DNA from: Pelomyxa schiedti
Lineage: Eukaryota; Protista; Evosea
Length of the DNA: 64,000 bases
Direction of reading: 5' to 3'
NCBI GenBank assembly: GCA_020536535.1
Contig: JAHLWZ010000423.1
Location: forward strand, 62,001-126,000
Both the position numbers and the translations under genes were made by a program. Under the pieces are notes generated by a model, which searched no databases, had not been told where the DNA came from, and worked only from the letters and a program-made list of their open reading frames with translations. Shown here piece by piece: positions 60,662 through 64,000 of this stretch (its first letter is position 1; every line of letters begins with the position of its first letter).

Positions 60662-61818
60662 TTAGAGGCCAGTGGCCCAGTGTAGGACGAGGTTCCTGGC
60701 TTGTATGTAGATGGTGTCGTAGCGCAGAAAGTCGTACAGGCTCCTGGTGCCAGAGTAGGGAAGCAACGAGGTTGGGGGTGTGCCTGTGAACACGTCACAG
60801 TCGCACTCGGTGGGGCACAGGCCGAGCGCGTCGGCTGCGGATATTAGGAAGCAAAGATGGAGCAGGCGAATGAACTGGTTTTGGTCAAGCGGAACGCCTT
60901 GGGTTTGTGAATTTTAGCTATTTTTGGGTGTGGGGCTGTTCGTCCAGCAAAATTGTGGGGGGGTTATTTACCGGGTTTTTTTAGTCCACATTGCTCTGCT
61001 CCTTTATTAATTGAATCACACAAAGTCCGGTAGTCTGACCTCAGAATATTTTCGTCAAGGTGTGTGAAGCCTTTAAGGGCTGCCTGAGAAGACACACATA
61101 CGCCAAACGAACTGTGTAATCTCGTAATGAATGCTATTCTGAGATAAGGTTGGACACAGGAGAATGAACTTGTACTTCAAAAAACTGAGCTTCGCACACA
61201 CAATGCAATATCCGCCTCTGTCCATCCAATAGACAGCAGCATGTCATGTATGTTGAGCGTTTTGTTGCCAGGTAATAAGAAAAGTCTTGTCCCCAAGACA
61301 TATTCAGCAGAAGTGTGCTCGTGGTTCGCCTTTGTTACAAAATCCAGTTGCAAATCACCACCCTTGCCAGTATCGTGCACAATAGCTGCTTGAACAACAT
61401 ATTTTATGTCTTCTGGGTTCACACCGCGCGCCCACAGCGACCCAGTTTCCACGAAATGCAAAGCGGCCTTTGCTACCCTAAATTGGATCCGGTTATTAAC
61501 TGTGCACAGTTTGGAGTTTAGTTCCTGAGACTATCTCGTCGAAGAACGCCAAAACCAAAACAGGCGCCAAAACAAACAAACAAACAAACAAAACAAACAA
61601 ACAACTCCCAACCAACCAAAAGCCCGAACTAACCACACTGAATGGGAATAGAGTGAGCCCATGTGCCACATCTGCTCCCACGTGCCTGCGTCGGGAGTGC
61701 CGTGCTTGGGGTGGGGCTTGGGACAATACATCGACAGTGCCTCGTACAGATTCACTGCGCTGGCCCGCACGCTGCCCTTGCTCGCAGCATCAAGCACCTC
61801 TCGCTCACTATCCATCAT
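60662..61818 (-). CDS. HD-domain metal-dependent phosphohydrolase, 3 introns
   Basis: Spliced WHMGSLYSHSVW|VA; AAIVHDTGKGGDL; KANHEH; ITRLHSSFG; LISAADALG. All HD metal-ligand motifs are present. Confidence 0.85.
61566..61605. repeat. (AAAC)n microsatellite within the first intron of the HD gene
   Basis: Directly visible. Confidence 0.85.
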
Positions 61819-62042
61819 CACCCACACAACCAGATACGAGATGAAGAGAGCTTGGGTCCTGCAGTCTTGCTGGGTCGACTGACAAACTTTGAAACGAACA
61901 GTAGAGAGGTTGAAAGTAGATTTTGTGCCTCAACCTTGCCCCCTCCAGAGCAGCAATTTTTCGGCCACCAAATTGACCAAACAAACGCTAACGGGTTTTC
62001 GTGGGCCAACGCCAGACCGGAAAAAAAAACGGAACAATAACA

Positions 62043-63602
62043 ATGGTCCCGCTGCGAGCGCTGCTTGTTTCTTTTATGGTGTTGGTGGGATCTAGATCTG
62101 TCGTGTACGGCGACACCAAAAACAACAACAACTGCACGTACAGTGGCTACGGTACTTTCTCCGTGTTAAACAACATGCGAGAAATGACGGTATCGTACAG
62201 CGGCGGCAACGTCAGCGTTACCGCGGTGGACTACTGCCTTGGATCGTTGTCGTTTGCCGGAAAACCGCCAGACGGTGCAGACGATTTCTCCTGCGATTAC
62301 CCAGGGGCCTCAGGCACAAATGGGTGGACAGTTACATTCTCTGGATACGGCGGCACCATCGTCACTGTGAGCAGGAATTTCACAATGGATGAGTACACCA
62401 CGTTCTGCGCCGAGACTGAAGAAACCCCGAGTGGGTATCAGGTATCTACGACTGTATACGAGGAGACCATGCCTTTGGTGACTGGAATTAACCTTGACGG
62501 CACGCCAGCTTATGTCACTATTTGGTCTCCTTTCTATGATGTATTGCCAAACCCAACCATACTTTTTGCAAAATTTACATCTCACAGGTCTCGGTACTGC
62601 CCTCTTCTACCTCTGCTGTGTTAGAGTGCACTGTGGAAGATTCAGTTGCATGTGGGGCAACAGTAAGTGCTACCCTGGGACTGGCTGGGGAAACAGCAAA
62701 TATTAACATAGTCACACAAGTGGTGGCACCTTGGACTTTTGTTGCCATTAATCCAAGCCCGGTAGAAATACCTGCTGACGCTATTTCTGCAGTAGTGCTA
62801 GTAACATCTGAAGTCTCTAACTCCCACTCCACGTCACAAGCAAGTGGATTGATCACTGTAGTCCCCCAAAGTGGTTGCAAGGTCTATGGTGAATTGAGTT
62901 TCCTGACGTATATCTGCACGGAAGACGAAAATTCTTGCAGTGATGTAGCATTGGATGAAATGCCATCTTTCGCAACAACCATTTTTCTGGACATACCGGA
63001 AAATTGCAGTGAAATGCAAGCCCACGATTCTTCCACCACTCTATACATACGCACAAGTCTTCCTGATGGAACCCCTGCTTATTCAGTTGCAGGGGGAGAT
63101 AGTATGTCATGTGTCCTTTCCCTACATCGGACTAACTCGGAAAAGCCTTGATCATCGAGGAGATCATCACAACATCAGTCAGTGTACCCGATTCGATTTG
63201 CTCTTGTTTAACGGATCTTATGGTCTATGACTGGGCCGGTAACATCGTTGGAGCATATTACCGCATTGAAAACAACACGATGTTTGCGACTAAAAAGCTG
63301 AATTCCACCCCACTGTATAACAAGTTTAGGTTTGCCTAAATCTCTCTTTTCATTCGCTAAGTTTCTCCCACAGCACAATCCTCCCTGCGGACCTTTTCCC
63401 ATCTGACAACGTTGTTTGGCTCCAGGCTACTTGTCAACTCAGCTCAAGTACCCCAGTCTATGGTGTGATATTAATCACTGTGGGGTCTTCAGAGACTACT
63501 GTTGGCTACAAGGCATTCTGGTTACTCCTGGGGGGTGTCGCGGTGCTGACTTTTGTGGCTTATGAGATCAAAACACACAAATCACGCAGCCAGAGGGGAT
63601 GA
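62043..63602 (+). CDS. Secreted/type I membrane glycoprotein with an internally repeated beta-rich Cys domain
   Basis: Signal peptide MVPLRALLVSFMVLVG; N-glycosylation sequons; repeated G(S/E)LSF...DGTPAY; C-terminal TM AFWLLLGGVAVLTFVAY and short basic tail. Confidence 0.7.
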
Positions 63603-63764
63603 CAGCAATTTGCCCTGCAAATGAATGTAACACTAGTGGCACTCTAAGTTATTCTATTTTCACCAAGGGTGAATGTAAAAAAAAACAATTTATTTTACAC
63701 AATTCGAATGTGTACCCCTCCCACAAAACCACCCACGCCCCCCTCCCTCACTAAGTGAGGGTGC

Positions 63765-64000
63765 TCAGCACAAGAGGTAATGCCCACACAGGAAAGCGAA
63801 TTTCCTTTGCGGAACCAACTTGGGTTCATTCATGGCATTGGTGCTCATAATGACACACTCCTCCTGGTTCTTCTGATGTCCAACAGCATGCATCCACTGT
63901 GTTCGTGCACCGTGTCTTGTGCAAATCTTTGGTACACTTTCAATCATTAAGAATCTGTTGGGCTTCCTCTGGTAATGGCAGCCGCGGCGATTACATCTAC
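63765..64000 (-). CDS. 3' end of a gene entering from beyond the window (Cys/His-containing, degenerate RING-like?)
   Basis: Open frame RCNRRGCHYQ...EECVIM...AFLCGHYLLC*; partial. Confidence 0.35.
   Translation of the reverse strand, partial: RCNRRGCHYQRKPNRFLMIESVPKICTRHGARTQWMHAVGHQKNQEECVIMSTNAMNEPKLVPQRKFAFLCGHYLLC

Noticed and set aside
61085-61101. Apparent ultra-short GT..AG intron in the HD gene
   Set aside because: The frame reads through without splicing (SFGVCVSSQAALKG), so no intron is needed.

Overview
Eukaryotic, very gene-dense nuclear DNA. It is probably from an amoebozoan-type protist: the capping-protein alpha reads like Dictyostelium Cap34, but the taxon is my inference. 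About 27 protein-coding genes are packed with roughly 70-600 nt spacers. Most are split by many very short (mostly about 35-55 nt) GT-AG introns, so the ORF track fragments them; multi-exon coordinates below are hand-spliced gene spans. Recognisable genes: a WD40-MORN-VPS9 (alsin-like) Rab5 GEF, ZNF511, EPG5, importin-11, ubiquitin-L40, SNW1/SKIP, a Ser/Thr kinase with a MIT-like tail, PEMT/Opi3, a degenerate ACSBG-like ligase with an RS-rich N-terminus, a UBA6-type E1, a divergent Josephin DUB, RPAP3, an Rpp21-like protein, a bacterial-type GGT, an ET-domain protein, CAPZA, a 7TM protein, a CXC protein, an HD-domain protein and a type I membrane protein. The best leads are three: (1) a ubiquitin with Arg74->Cys (LRLCGG) lying within 17 kb of a UBA6-type E1 and an intronless Josephin; (2) a ~400-nt intergenic segment with several nested long-range helices, a candidate unannotated ncRNA; (3) an apparently dead acyl-CoA ligase fused to an SR-like domain. 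I found no CRISPR array, tRNA, rRNA or transposase.
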